Assembly (NCBI GenBank): GCA_013239625.1
Contig: MU054338.1
Coordinates: 3,557,371 to 3,621,370 of the forward strand
Direction of reading: 5' to 3'
Source: Lama guanicoe
Lineage: Eukaryota
Length of the DNA stretch: 64,000 nucleotides
Below the pieces are notes generated by a model that was not told the origin of the DNA, made no database searches, and saw only the letters and a program-made list of their open reading frames with translations. A program made the position numbers and the translations under genes. Of the stretch, positions 1 to 12,650 are shown piece after piece; position 1 is the first letter of the stretch; the number at the start of each line of letters is the position of its first letter.

Positions 1-3000
1 GAGTCACTTTGGGCCCCTGCATGGAGAGGAATCCTGGCCTACAGCATGTGCATTTGGGTAGGTGGAGAGGAAGGGTGTTCTAGGCAGGGGGCACAGCATA
101 GGCAAAGGCTCAGAGGAAGGAAAGGTGCAGCTGTGAGAGATTTTCTCCCCAGGCTGGAAGGAACAGAGCTTTCTGGTCTCTCTGATGTTTCCCAATGGAG
201 AAGTAGGGGTGGGGTAAGCAAATGAGCAATGACGTCCAAGTAGGAGCGGGCTTGGGGCTCTGGGTTCTGAAAGAGTACAACATGGGGCTTCTGGGAGGAG
301 GAAGTGTTATGTGGATGGTGATTCCAGGAAGCAGCAGAAAGGGAGAGGAGATGGAGACTGGCAAGGGAAGAAGCCAATATGGGGACATCAATGAGCAGTA
401 GCTGATGTGAGCATCTGGAGTCCAGTCCTACTGGGGGCCTCTGGAAGACTGCAGAGCAAGCCTCAGAATTGTCACATTCATTTTTAAAGGCTCTGACTAG
501 TCCTGCAGAAGACATACCTGTTGAACAGATGAGCTTGAACATAAACTCTTCACCCCAACGATTTTGGGGACATATTTTTTTGAAGTGTTGCATGATACTA
601 CTGCCTTTCTTGGGTTTCTCTTATATCTAGGCTGTGACAGGAGAGAGACAGAGAAGGCTTAACCAAAGTAACAATAAAATAAAATTAATAATCATTATTA
701 TTCTTTTCCCAAGAGGTCAGGTACTAGCTTATGTGTCTGTTATCTAAAGCCTAGTTATCTTCTTTCAGGTACGGCTGGATCCAGGAGCTAAAATGATGCT
801 CCTGATGCTATTTTTAAAATATATGCCTCCACTGAGACATTACTGACATTAAATAGGCAAAAGTGTACAATTTGATGGGTTATGACATATGTATATGCCC
901 ATGAAATCATCACCACAATCAAGATAATAAATATATCATCCTCCCAGATTTCTTTCTGCCCTTTTATAACGTCTGCCCAACACATGAAGAAAGCCTGACA
1001 CTGTGACAAGGCATGGAGTTTGAGAGATGAAACCTGGTGCTTCGATCAAGGCTCTGTTTTGGTTGTTAACAATGGATATTAAACAGGTCTGGGGTGGGGG
1101 GAACATATAAACAGTTTCCAACAACTGCAAATTCCAGGGTCCAGCTTCAGGCGTAGCTGGATCCAGGAACTGAGCTGACGTTATTGGAAGTCTCTTCCAG
1201 TGTCTCGGTTTGGCTCTCCTCTGGGTGGGCATCATTCCCAGTCAGACTCCCCATTCATAGAGTCAAAAGAGGCCCCCAAGCTCCAGGCTTATTTCTCTTG
1301 CCAGTCAGCCAGGCAAGCAGAAATGGAAACCCTCCTGCCTATTGGTTCCAGCAAAGCCCGGGGCTCATTCTGATTGGCTTGGCTCAGGTCATTTGGCCAT
1401 GTCTGAACCAGTCACTGAGGGGTGTGACATTCCCACAGACCAGCTCAGGGTCACCCTAAAGCAAGAAGTCTGTCAGGATGGGGTCGGGCTGGGAGTGGGG
1501 AGCAAGGCTTCCCCCAGTGTAGAGCCAGTTGTCACCCACAGCATCTGAATTGGTCCAAACAGTCTGAGTTTAAATCTTTGGCTCACCATAATAGGCTGTG
1601 TTACACTGGGAAAATGGCTTGTCCTCTCTGGAAGTCTGTTGCTTCACCCACAAAAAGAAGCATATGGGGAGCCTGGGAATGAGTCCTTGAGACGTGGGGC
1701 TGTGACATGCCTGGAACGCCCAGGAGCCTGGGGAGGGCCCTGCCTCCCTCCCACCTCTGTCCTGGGATGCCACGGCCCCAGTTACTGAGTCCTTACTATA
1801 CGCCAGGCCTTACCACCTGGGTCCACACCAGGGCCACCCCAGTCTCAGCTCATCCTGGAGTAAAATTTATAAGCAACATAACCGACCTACACAGGTAATT
1901 TCGAAAAACATAACTTGCTACTTTTATAATATAAAGCAGAAATGAAAAGAATATTCTTTATAATAAAATTCTATGTATCTCAATAGGTAAATGATCCAGT
2001 ACAACCATGAGAAAAGATACTGCAGAGCGGGCAGAGGCAGCCTCTGCCTGACGGACCCACATCATTGCTTCTCTGGACCAGGGCAGTAACCTCCACTTTG
2101 GTACCCTTCCCAACCCCACCCCCACCCCTCTTTCCCTCCTTCACCCCCTGCAGTCTGTTCTTCCTGCAGCCACCAGAGGACCCCAGTGAGCACCTGAGTC
2201 AGGTACCTCCCCCTTCCTTTGCCCGCAGCCTTCCAGGCTCCTACTGCCCCGAGTATAAGATCAGATCCTCTCCAGAAGCCCCCAAGGTTCCGCCCAGTCT
2301 GTCCCCATCACCTCCCTGCCCCTACTGCCTTCCTCTCCCCACCTCATTCATTCTGCTTGAGCCACGTGGGCCTCTTTCCTGCACCAAGCACAGTCCTGCC
2401 CAGGACCTTTGCACAGGCTGTGCCCTCAGCCAGGAATGCTTTTCTCCCAGACATCCCCATGTCTGGCTTCTCCTCATCTCTGATTCACTTATTTCTTTGT
2501 TGTCTAGTCCATAAGCCCTGTGGGAGCTGCTAGAACAGCGCCTGGCACATGGCAGCCTTCAATAAGTGTTCATTCAATGAATACTTAAATGACTGCATCT
2601 TCTCATGCCCACTTTCTGGACGAGGACGCTGAGGCCTGGAGAGGTTCTTTTGCCTGGAGGGAAAGCCGGGCTTGAGACACTCAGAACTAATACCCTTAAC
2701 TCTGATGCTGAAATCCTAGTTCCCCAAGGACCCAGACGGTGAGTAGAGAGGAGGGGGAACAGCAGTGAATGAGTTAAACCTCCACCCAACTTGAGTCACC
2801 AGGCTTGGGTCACTTTGTGCTGAATTCACACATCCACATGTGGTTTCTGGCTCCCTTGGCTCACCCGCCCCCCCAGAGGGAAGCATATTCATTTCCATGG
2901 CAACCATGTTGTCTCCTGTCTGACTGGGGCTGAGTGACAGCCACTGGGGCCAGATGAAGTCACTCGCCACCCACGCAGGAGAGAGAGGAGCCGGCCTCGA

Positions 3001-3289
3001 AGGGGTTCACTTCACCCACCATCAGACAGAAGCTAGGGGAACAAGTCTGCCCGCTGCCTGCCATTCTACCACTCCAGCTCCATGCCATGGTGTCTTAAAG
3101 ACTTGGCTGGCTCCCGGACCCCTGGGAGAGCTTAGAACTCAGGGGTGTGGCAGTGAGTGCCCCAAAGGACAGACTGCCTCTGATCCACTTTTGCAACTCC
3201 CACTCCCAGCTCTGAGCCTGGCACACAGTAGGTGCTCAATAATCCTTGAGAAGGAAAGTGGGGAGGGGATTGTTGGCCAAAGCACTTTA

Positions 3290-3395
3290 TTTAGTATATT
3301 TTAAAATTTTTTTTAATGGAGGTACTGGGGGTTGAACCCAGGACCTCGTGCATACTAAGCCTGCGCTCTGCCACTGAGCTATTTCCCTCCCACTA
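3290..3395 (-). mobile_element. tRNA-Ala-derived SINE (camelid Vic-1 type)
   Basis: Reverse complement has A box TAGCTCAGTGG, B box GGTTCAACCC and an A-rich tail; 11-bp TSD aaagcacttta at 3279-3289 and 3396-3406. Confidence 0.9.
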
Positions 3396-4622
3396 AAAGC
3401 ACTTTAGTTCTTACCTAACAATCTAGATTTCTCTTATCAGCCAGCACTTCCCTTATCAGTTAACCTTTCCATTATCAGCTCACTCTTTAGTTATCAGCTT
3501 ACACCTCAGCAATCATCTTTGTCAGAAATGTTCAGGGAAGCCTGAAGAATGGGGGACTGAACCTCAGAAAGCAGGATTCTTGCCCTCAAATCCTCTCCTC
3601 CCTTCCCCACCGACTCCCAGAGGGCAGAGGGAGTTGACTGGTTTTGCAAGAAGCTGGGGAGAGTGGTTCTGAAGCCAAAGGGAATCCCAGGGTGGAAAAT
3701 GTGGGCTCAGTTCTCAAAGAAGGATTTTCATACCAGTGGAACTATCCAAAACCTGAAGGGGCTGCCTTTTGTGGTAATGAGATCCCCATCACAGGAGGTA
3801 ACCAAGGCAAGCTAGAGAACCATCCTTGGGCAGACATGGAGGGAACTGGATTGGGAGGCTTCCAAGAGTCTCCTTTCTTTTTGTTTTGAAGATTTGGTGA
3901 CAATTCTAAGATTCAGTGCCTGGGATTTAGCAGCAATTGCTAAGTTTCAACAATGCTGGAGGTCTGCACAATTATTCTAAGATCTTCTAATTAGTCATAT
4001 GACTCACCACAAACATTTATTGACCACATGTAAGCCAAGCCCTGTTCTAGGAGCTGGGGCTACAGCAGGGACCAAAACAGACAATTTAAGACAGTCTTGG
4101 GTCTTGGGAGACAGACAAGAAACAGTTAAAGCAATGGGTTATAATCTATCCAGCCACAGATATGCAATGGGGAGAAAGCAGAGCAGGGGGGAGGGGCTCT
4201 GGGAGTGACTGCAGGAGGGAGGTTCTAGCTAATATGGTGACACTTGAGTGGGGACCTGAAGAAGGTGAAGGCAGGAGCCCTGTGAACAAAGGGTGTTCCA
4301 AGCAGAAGAAACAGCCAGGGCAAAGACCTTGAGGCAAAACATTCTTAGTTTGTTTGAAGAACAGCAAGGAGACAGTAGAGGAGGCTTGGAGGTGAGGTGG
4401 GGGCACCTGAGGAAGTGCCATATGAGCTGAGGATAAGCTATACCTGCAAGAGCCAAGGGCCTTCCAAGCAGCGAGAACAGCACATGCAAAGGTCCTGGGG
4501 TGAGAATCAGCTTGAAGAGGGAGGGAGAAAGAGACACATAAACACTTAGAATCAGAGACAAAGAGACTCTGAGAGAGACAGAGACAGAGAGACAGAGAAA
4601 GAGAAGAGTCTTCGTTTGATAG

Positions 4623-5775
4623 GTGTTATGTGTTGGATTTCATCCTCCCCAAGTTCATATGTTGAAGTCATGACCCCCAAGACCTCAGAATGAAATCTTA
4701 TTTGGAAATAGGTTCCTTACACACACAGTTAGTTCAGTTAAGGTGATGTCACACTGGAGGAGAGTGGGTCCCTAACCCAGTGTGACTGCTGTCCTTATAA
4801 AGGAGGGAAATCCAGACACAGACATGCATATAGACTGGGCCAACACCTTAATCTCAGACTTCCAGCCTCTAGAAATGCAGCAGTAACTGTCTACTGTCTA
4901 AGCCCCCAGTCTGTGGTATTTTGTTACAGAAGCCACAGGACCCCAGCAGTCTGGGTGAGCCAATGAGTTAGCACAAGACTACATTTGGAAAGTCAGGGAC
5001 TGTTCTGCAAAGCTTGATATCTGCCCTGGTCAACCTCACCTCAGATTGGAGGGATAGGATACAGGCAATATTAAATTCAGGGGTTGGAATCTCACACCGT
5101 GTCTTCAGGAGTTGCTAGGTCTAAAGATGACCCACTATGACCAGAACCTTTCTATGATTCATTGCACAGCATCCTCTCCATGGACTGCCCCTGACCCCTG
5201 CCTAAATAGGAATTCACTGTCCTTTTTACAGATGAGAAAATTGAGGCTTACAGAGGGCACTGTGGCAGGCAGCTTACAAAGATGTCCCCAGGGATCCTTG
5301 CCTCTTGGTCCTCCTGTCCTTGTGTAATCTTCTCCCCTTGCTTCTAAAGAATAGAAGACAGCAAAAATGATGGATGTCACTTCCATGGTGGGGTTGTAAA
5401 AAGACTGTAACTTCCATCTTGCTGGACTCTCTCTACTGACTCTTTCTGTTTTGATGAAGCAACTTGTCATGGTAGGGAGGCTCATGTGGCAAGGACCTGA
5501 GAGTGGCCTCCAGCCAACAACAGAGGAACTGAGGCTCTCCTAACAACCTGTGAGGAACTGAATAATGCTGACAACCACGGAAGCTTGGAAGTGGATCCTG
5601 CCCCAAACACTCAGATGAGACTCCATCCCTGACTGACAACTGGTTACAGCCTAAAGTACAGGACTCTGTTCAGCCATGCCCAGATTCCTGACTCCCAGAA
5701 ACTGAGATAGTAAGTATTGTTTTAAGCCACTAAGCTTTGGGATAATTTGTTATACAGCAACAGCTAACCAATACA
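4623..5775 (+). mobile_element. Two MaLR LTRs (MLT1A-like ~4623-4940; MLT1F-like ~5260-5775)
   Basis: ttcatatgttgaagtc..ttatttggaaatagg..ctaagcccccagtctgtggtattttgttac; tttaagccactaagctttgggataatttgttatacagca. Confidence 0.75.
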
Positions 5776-6611
5776 GACAATCCCTTACCTAGCTCACACA
5801 GTAGGAAATAGCAGAAGAATTTGAACCCAGGACTCCATAGAAACTCATCCAGTCCCTTGCTCTCAACAATGACCAACTGACCTCTTGCCTAGACTTGCTG
5901 TAGTAAGTGAGTAGTGCTTTGGACACCACTCTCCTCACCCCCCCCCAAAATACATGGTTGCAGGAACTTAATCCCTTCTCTGTTTCTCTCTCTCTCCTCT
6001 GTTTCTTTCTCTATCTCTGTCTCTCTCACAATCTCTTTGTCTCTGATTCAATTTGAAAATTCCCTTGAATTCTCTTTGCCTTCTTTCCCTGTCCCCAGGA
6101 CCTTTGTACTGGCTCTGCTCTCTGCCTGGAACACCTTCCCCCTGTCTTGCTCCCCAACTTGCTTCAGATTCCAGACCAAACGTCACCTCCTCAGAAAAAG
6201 CCTCCCTGATTCCCCATGCCCCAGCTGAAGCCACTTCTTAGCCTCTCTGTAGCATGTTATCCCATTTTATTTTCCATTGTATCCTCATCAGAAATTACTT
6301 ATTTCAGAAAAAGTGTTTTTGGCATTTTATCAGCTGTCTGCTTCACAAGATGGGAATTTTTATCTGCTTTAGCTACTGCTGTGCCCCCAATATTCAGCAC
6401 AGGGTCAGGAAAACAGTAAATGCTGGGGTAAGCTCACATGGGGCTGGTTTGGGACTTTGTGCTTTCGCAGTTCTGAGACTCAGTTTGCCTGCCAATGAAA
6501 GGGGGCAACCATCCTCCCTCACAGAGATGATTGCTGACCCTCGGAACAGGTGAGTGAGAAAGCCCAGTGGGGCCATAGACGCCCCGGGGGTGTCCTCTCT
6601 GAGCCCCCGGG

Positions 6612-6632
6612 GTCGCTGTCCGTGGTGCTGAA
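6612..6632 (-). promoter_or_regulatory. RE1/NRSE (REST binding site)
   Basis: Minus strand reads TTCAGCACCACGGACAGCGAC, 20/21 to canonical TTCAGCACCACGGACAGCGCC, in a small CpG-retaining patch. Confidence 0.9.
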
Positions 6633-7755
6633 CGGCGCAGGTGTGGGCATCTCCTGTGCCCTGCCTGCGACAGTTCCCTGACAGGGAGTCTACACCGTAC
6701 ACAGTCCGGACTTAGAATCTGGGATTTCAGGGTCCCACATGGTTCTTTCACAGAACTCCCACCTCGGCCTCTATTTTGATGACCTCTGGTGAGAGGAGCT
6801 TCTCCCACTGGGAACCCTGAACTCCCAAGCCCCACCTGGCCCCAGCCTGGGTTCTATCTACCCAAGTGGCAATTCCAGGGGTCATGAGTTGATAGCAGTA
6901 ACATCTAATCTAGGCTGTCTGTCTCTCTCTGTCTCTGTCTCTCTGTGTGTCTGTCTCTATGTCTCCATGTGTCTCTCTCTGTATCTCTGTCTCCTCTGTC
7001 TCTCCATGTCTCTTTTTGTATCTATCTCTCCCTACCACTCTGAAAGCTCTAAGCCCTTCACACAGCCTGCAATGGACCCAAATTTCTCCAGCCACCCGGT
7101 GTGGGGCGGCAAGGTGGGGAACAAAGTGAAGACTCCTGTCTCTCTCCCTGCCTGTGTTATCAGTCATATATGCCACAGAATACTGGGGCATAAAGGGTCA
7201 TCGTGTCCTGACCCAGTCCTGCCTCTGCCTCCCATTATCCCTGTGCCTCAGTCTCCATCTATACGGTGATGTGATTGGTAGTGATCTTTTAGCACCTCCC
7301 TGATTCCCAAGGGCCACTCCCTGCTCCCCGCCTAAAAAAACTCATTAGTCCCTGAACACCTGGAAGCAGAACAGGAGGCGTGTGAATTATTTATTTTGTG
7401 AGTCATTTTAATATTTTATAATAATTGTGATGCGCCATTTGGTTTTGTGGAGCTGTTTGGGTGTCATTAAGATAGAGCCAGAGAAGGGCACTGCCACTGA
7501 AGTGTCTCTGAATGAGCCGAGGTGACTTGTTCCCATGGGGGCACATGGAAGGGGAGCCAGGCTAGGGGAAGGAGGCGGTCTTGAGGGATGTTGAGGCAGA
7601 TCGGGTGTCACTAGTGGTCATTGGGCTCAGTTGTGCCAAGGCTGCAACACATCTGCTCATCTGCTTTTTCCACTCATTCATTCATTCATTCACCCATTCA
7701 TTTATTCATTTACCCATCCACCTAAACATTTACTCACTCACTCATTCAAACTCTC

Positions 7756-8140
7756 TGTTATGGACTGAATATTTATGTCCTCCCACCCACCCTCCAATTC
7801 CTATACTGAAGCCCTGACCCCCAATGTGATGGCATTTGGAGGTGGAGCCTGTGGGAGATAATTGGGATTAAGTGAGGTCCCAAGGGTGGGGCCCCCATGA
7901 CAGGATTAGTGCCCTTATAAGAAGAGAGAGAGATTAACGTTCTCTCTCCCCTGTGTGAAGACACAGTGAGAAGGCAGCTGCCTGCAATTCAGGAGGAGAG
8001 CCCTCAGGAGAAACAGAATCTGCTGGCACCCTTGGTCTTGGAGTCCCCAGTCTCCAAGTGGGTGAGAAATAAGTGTTTGCTTTTTAAACCACTGAGTCTA
8101 TGGTATTTTGTTACAGCAGCTCGAGCAGACTATGACACTC
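7756..8140 (+). mobile_element. MLT1A/B-like LTR
   Basis: tgttatggactgaat...aataagtgtttgctttttaaaccactgagtctatggtattttgttacagcagc. Confidence 0.8.
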
Positions 8141-9249
8141 TCCAAGGGTCTTTCATTGCACTTAAGCTCAAACTCCCCACCATGATCTAAAAGAACCCCG
8201 CAGATCTAGCCCCCCTGTGACCTTCCTGCCCTCACCTCCTCTCCTGCCCCTGCACTGTGCTCTAGCCACACCAGGCTCCCTGCTGCTCCTCCAACCCACT
8301 AGCATATCCCCACCTCAGGGCCTTTGCACTTACTGTGCCCTCCTCCTGACACGCTCTGTCCCAGGCTCTTTCTGCAATGAGCTCCTCCTCTCCTTCAAGC
8401 CTCAGCTCACATGTCATCTCCCAGATCTCACAGTAGTAGGATTTGGAGAGGGGTTATGCAGTGGGAGGGTGCGCTTGGCAGGGAACTCCGTGTGGGCAAA
8501 GACTTGGTGCCAAGAATGTTGAGACTGAATCAGCTGAATGTAAGGATGTACAGGTGGAGAGGTGGGTGGGACTGGGAGAACCAGGCTAAGATAGAAGGTG
8601 CCAAAGAGAAAGACTGGGAGCTGGGCTGGAGAGGGTTTTGAAATCAGGGCAATAATTTGGGCTACATCCTGGAAGAAAACATTTCAGCCCAATCTAGCCA
8701 GAGTCACTGAGCCACTTCCTCCCACCAGAGAACATCATTATTACCTGCTCTGATCTGTCTCCTCCCACATCTCAGCACCTGACAGAGAGCACCAGCCCAC
8801 CCCAAAGCAAGAGACGTAGAAGCCCACCCTTGGCATCAGCAGTGAGCTTGCCAGACTCTGTGGGGAACTCAGATGACAGGCCCCAGGCAGGCTGGAGCCC
8901 TGGGTTTGTGCTGCAGACTCCCCACTTGCCCATCTTCCTCTCCAGATCCCCCCTCAATCCTTTCTCATCCTGGCCCATGCCCCTGGAGAGGCTTGTCTGC
9001 ATAGACAGAATCCATGGCCTCTCATTGGCCAAGTCCTGTCGGGTTCAACCAATGGGAAGCAGTGGTGGGTGATCAGAGAACGAGGTCCGGGCACTTGTTC
9101 TCCCAGTGCCTGCTCTGTTGTCCGGCTACTGCGACTCTTCCAGGCTTATCTCCCCCTGGATTCCAGCGACCACATTCTCCCTTAGCCCAGTCAGACCTAA
9201 ATGTGAGGGGAAATCTTAAAATTTACTCTCAACAACTTCCATATATAAC

Positions 9250-9522
9250 ATACAGCAGTGTTCATTATATCTATAATGCTGTACGTTACACCCCTTAGGT
9301 CTTTAATTCCTTTCTACATTATTTTGTAGTTCTTAAAGTGTAAGTTTTGTACTCCTTTTATTAAATTTACTCCTCAGTATTTTATTCTTTTTAATGCTGC
9401 CATAAAGAGAATTGTTTCCTTAATTTCATTTTCAGACTGTTCATTCCTTAACTATATAAAATAACTGATTTTTGTGTAGCGACCTTGATTCTGAAATTCT
9501 GATGAACTTTATTATCTCTAAT

Positions 9523-9559
<37 letters not shown>

Positions 9560-12500
9560 TCTTTAGGATTTCGTCTATATAAGACCATATCATTTGCAAG
9601 TAGAGATCGTTTTACTTCTTCCTTTCACTCTGGATGGCTTTTGTTTCTTTTTCCTGACTGATTGCCCCAGACAGAACTCCCAGGACCAAGGTGAATAGAA
9701 GTGGTGAAAATGGACATCTTGGTCTTGTTCATAATCTTAGTGGAAAAGCATTCATTAAGTCTAATGCTAACTGTGAGGGTTTTTTCTTTTTTAATAGATG
9801 CCCTTTATCAGATTTAGGAAGTTCCCTTCTATTGCCAGTGTATTGACTGTTCATATCATAAAAAGGTGTTGAGTTTTGTCAAATGCTTTCTCTGAATCTG
9901 TTGAGATGGCCAAGTGGTTTTGTGCTTTATTCAATTGATATAGTGTTTTAAGTTCCATGAACTTTAACACATGTGTATATTCCGGCAACCTCCTGAGATA
10001 CAGAGAGATCTCTTCTTCCCCCAAACTCCCTCATGCTGTCCCTTTGTACTAATACTCTCCCCTCAACCCTGATTCTTCTTTCCATCTCTATAGTTTTATG
10101 TTTTTGAAAATGTCATTGTATTAGTTCCTTAAGGCTGCTGTAACAAATGACCACAACCTGGGTGGCATAAAACAACACAGATTATTTTCTTGTAGTTCTG
10201 GAAGCCAGAGTCCAAAAATCAGCTTAACCAGATCATAATCAAGATGTGAGCAGGAACAAACTCCCTCCAGAATATCCAGGGGACAAGCTTTTCTGTTGCG
10301 GGCTGAATGAGGTCCCCACTAAAATTCGTATGTTGAAATCCTAACCCCCAGCACCTCAGAATGTGGCTGTATTTAGAGACAGGGACTTTAAAGAAGTAAT
10401 TAAGGCCAAATGAGGTCATGGAGGTGGGCTGTGGTCCAGTATGACTGGTGTTCTTATAAGAGAAAATTAGGACACAGAGACAGATTGAGCAAAGACCACA
10501 TGAGATACAGGGAGAAGGCAGCCTTCTACCAGACAAAAAGAGAAGGCTCAGAGAGAACCAACCCTGCTGAGCCTCTGATCTTGAACTTCCAGCCTCCAGG
10601 ACTGTGAGAAGACATATTTCTGTTGCTTGAACCCCCGGGTCTCTGGGATTTTTTTATAGCAACTGAGCAAACTCATACATGCACCTTATCTCTTCCAGCT
10701 GCTGGTGGCTGCCAGCATTCCTTGGCTTGTGGCCACATCTGTCTGATCTCTACCTTGGTGGTCACATTGCCTTCTATTCTTCCATGTATGGTCAAATCTC
10801 TCTCTGCGTCTCTCTTATAAAGTCATGTGTGATTGCATTTAATGCCCACCTGGATGATCCAGGGTAATCTCATTACAAAACCCTTCATTTAATCAAACCT
10901 GCAAAGAACTCATGTGGGTTTGTGTGTGCATGCATGCTGTAGGAGGCAACATTCACAGGTTCCAGAGATTAGGGTCTGGACCTCTTTGGGGGGCCATTAC
11001 TCATCCTACCACAGTCACATACGTGGAATAAAACAGTGTTTAGCCATCTGTGTCTGGTTCTTGCACTCAGAATAATGCCTTTGAGAATCATCCAAGTTGT
11101 TGCATGTACCAATAATTTGTTCCCTTTTATCACTGAGTAGTATTCCATCATATGGATGGACCACAGTTTGTTTATCTGTTCGTCCTCTGAAGGGCATTTG
11201 GTTATACCTACTTTTAGGCAGTTTTGAATAAAGCTGCTATAAACCAAGCTGCACACAGGTTTTTGCATGAACAGAAGTTTTCGTTTCACCTGGCTAATTC
11301 ATTTCACTTTGGAATGTGATCTCTGGGCCACACGGTAAATGTCTGTTCAGCTTTATGAGAAATTGCCAAGGGGCTGAACCAGTCCCTCACGAATACCAAA
11401 GGATGACTGTGTATGATTGGCAGATATTTTCTCCCATTCAGTAGGTTGCGTCTTCATCTCACTGATGATTGCCTTTGTCATGCAGAAGCTTTTTAGTAGT
11501 TTGACGTAGTCCCACCTGTGGATTTTTGCTTTTGTTGTCTTCGCTTTTGCTGTCACAACCCAAAAGTCTTCACCATGACTGATGTCAAGGAGCTCACCAC
11601 CTGTTTTCTCCCAGGAGCTTTATGATTTCGGGTCCTACATTCAAGTCTTTACTCCATTTTGAGTTATTCTGTGTGTATGGTGTAAGACAGCGGTCCAGTT
11701 TCATTCTCTTGCATTTGGCTGTCCAGTTTTCCCAACACTACTTGTTGGAAGCTGTCCTTTCCCCATTGTACATTCTTGGCTCATTAGTTGTAAGTGAATT
11801 AACCATATATGTGTGGGTTTATTTCTGGACTCTCTATTCTGTTTTATTGATCTGTCTGTTTTTATGCCAATGCTATACTGTTTTGATTACTATAGCTTTG
11901 TAATTTAGTTTGAAATCAGGACATGTGAGGCCTCTACAGGTTTTTATATGAACATAAATTTTCACTTCTCTAGGATAACTGCCCAAGGTGTAGTTGTTGG
12001 GACATATGGTAAGTGGATGTTTAGTTTTGTAAAACAAAATGAGATGCAACAAACAAAAAAACTCTTCCAGGCTCTTTTCCAGAGTGACTGTAACATTTTA
12101 CACTCCTACCAACCATGTATGAGCTATTCAGTTTCTCTGCATCTTCACCAGCATTTGGAGTTATTATTATTTTTTATTTTACCCATTTTGACAAGTGTGT
12201 AGTGATGTGTCAACTGTGTTTTGGATTTGCATTTCCCTAGCAGCTAATGATGTTGAACATCTTTTCATGTTCTTATTTACCATCCACAGTGAAATGTCTG
12301 TTTCTGTCTCTGCCCATTTTTTAAAAACTTAGTTATTTTCTTACTTTTGAATTGTCAGACTTCCTTATATACTTGAGATACAAACCCTTTGTCTGACACT
12401 TGCAAGCATCTTCTCCTGGTCTGTGGCTTGTCTTCTCCACAGTGTCTTTCACAGAGCAAAAGTTATTAATTTTGATGAAGTCCAGCTTATCCACATTTTC

Positions 12501-12650
12501 TTTCAGGAACCATCCTTTGTTGCCATGCTTACGAACTCTTTCCCTACTGCCAGGTCTTGAGAATTTTCTCCCATGTTTTTGTTTAACTGTTTTACAGTTT
12601 TACATTTTACGTGCGGATCTATGATCTGTTTTGCATTCTATTCTGAGTGT
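9250..12650 (-). mobile_element. Nested block of old L1M fragments with inserted MLT1 LTRs (~10116-11010) and a (TG)n microsatellite (~9525-9557)
   Basis: L1 ORF2/3'UTR motifs on minus strand (e.g. ITKCPSEDEQINKLWSIHMMEYY, TQPTEWEKI); MLT1 motifs tgtattagtt..ggctgctgtaacaaat, cttgaacttccagcctccaggactgtgag. Confidence 0.8.

Noticed and set aside
3434..3497. CRISPR-like repeat-spacer pattern
   Set aside because: Repeat only 7 bp with 12-bp spacers, mammalian DNA, no cas genes; treated as a GATA motif array instead
6392..6410. Second RE1-like motif ttcagcacagggtcag
   Set aside because: Wrong spacing and right half; part of an L2 3' end
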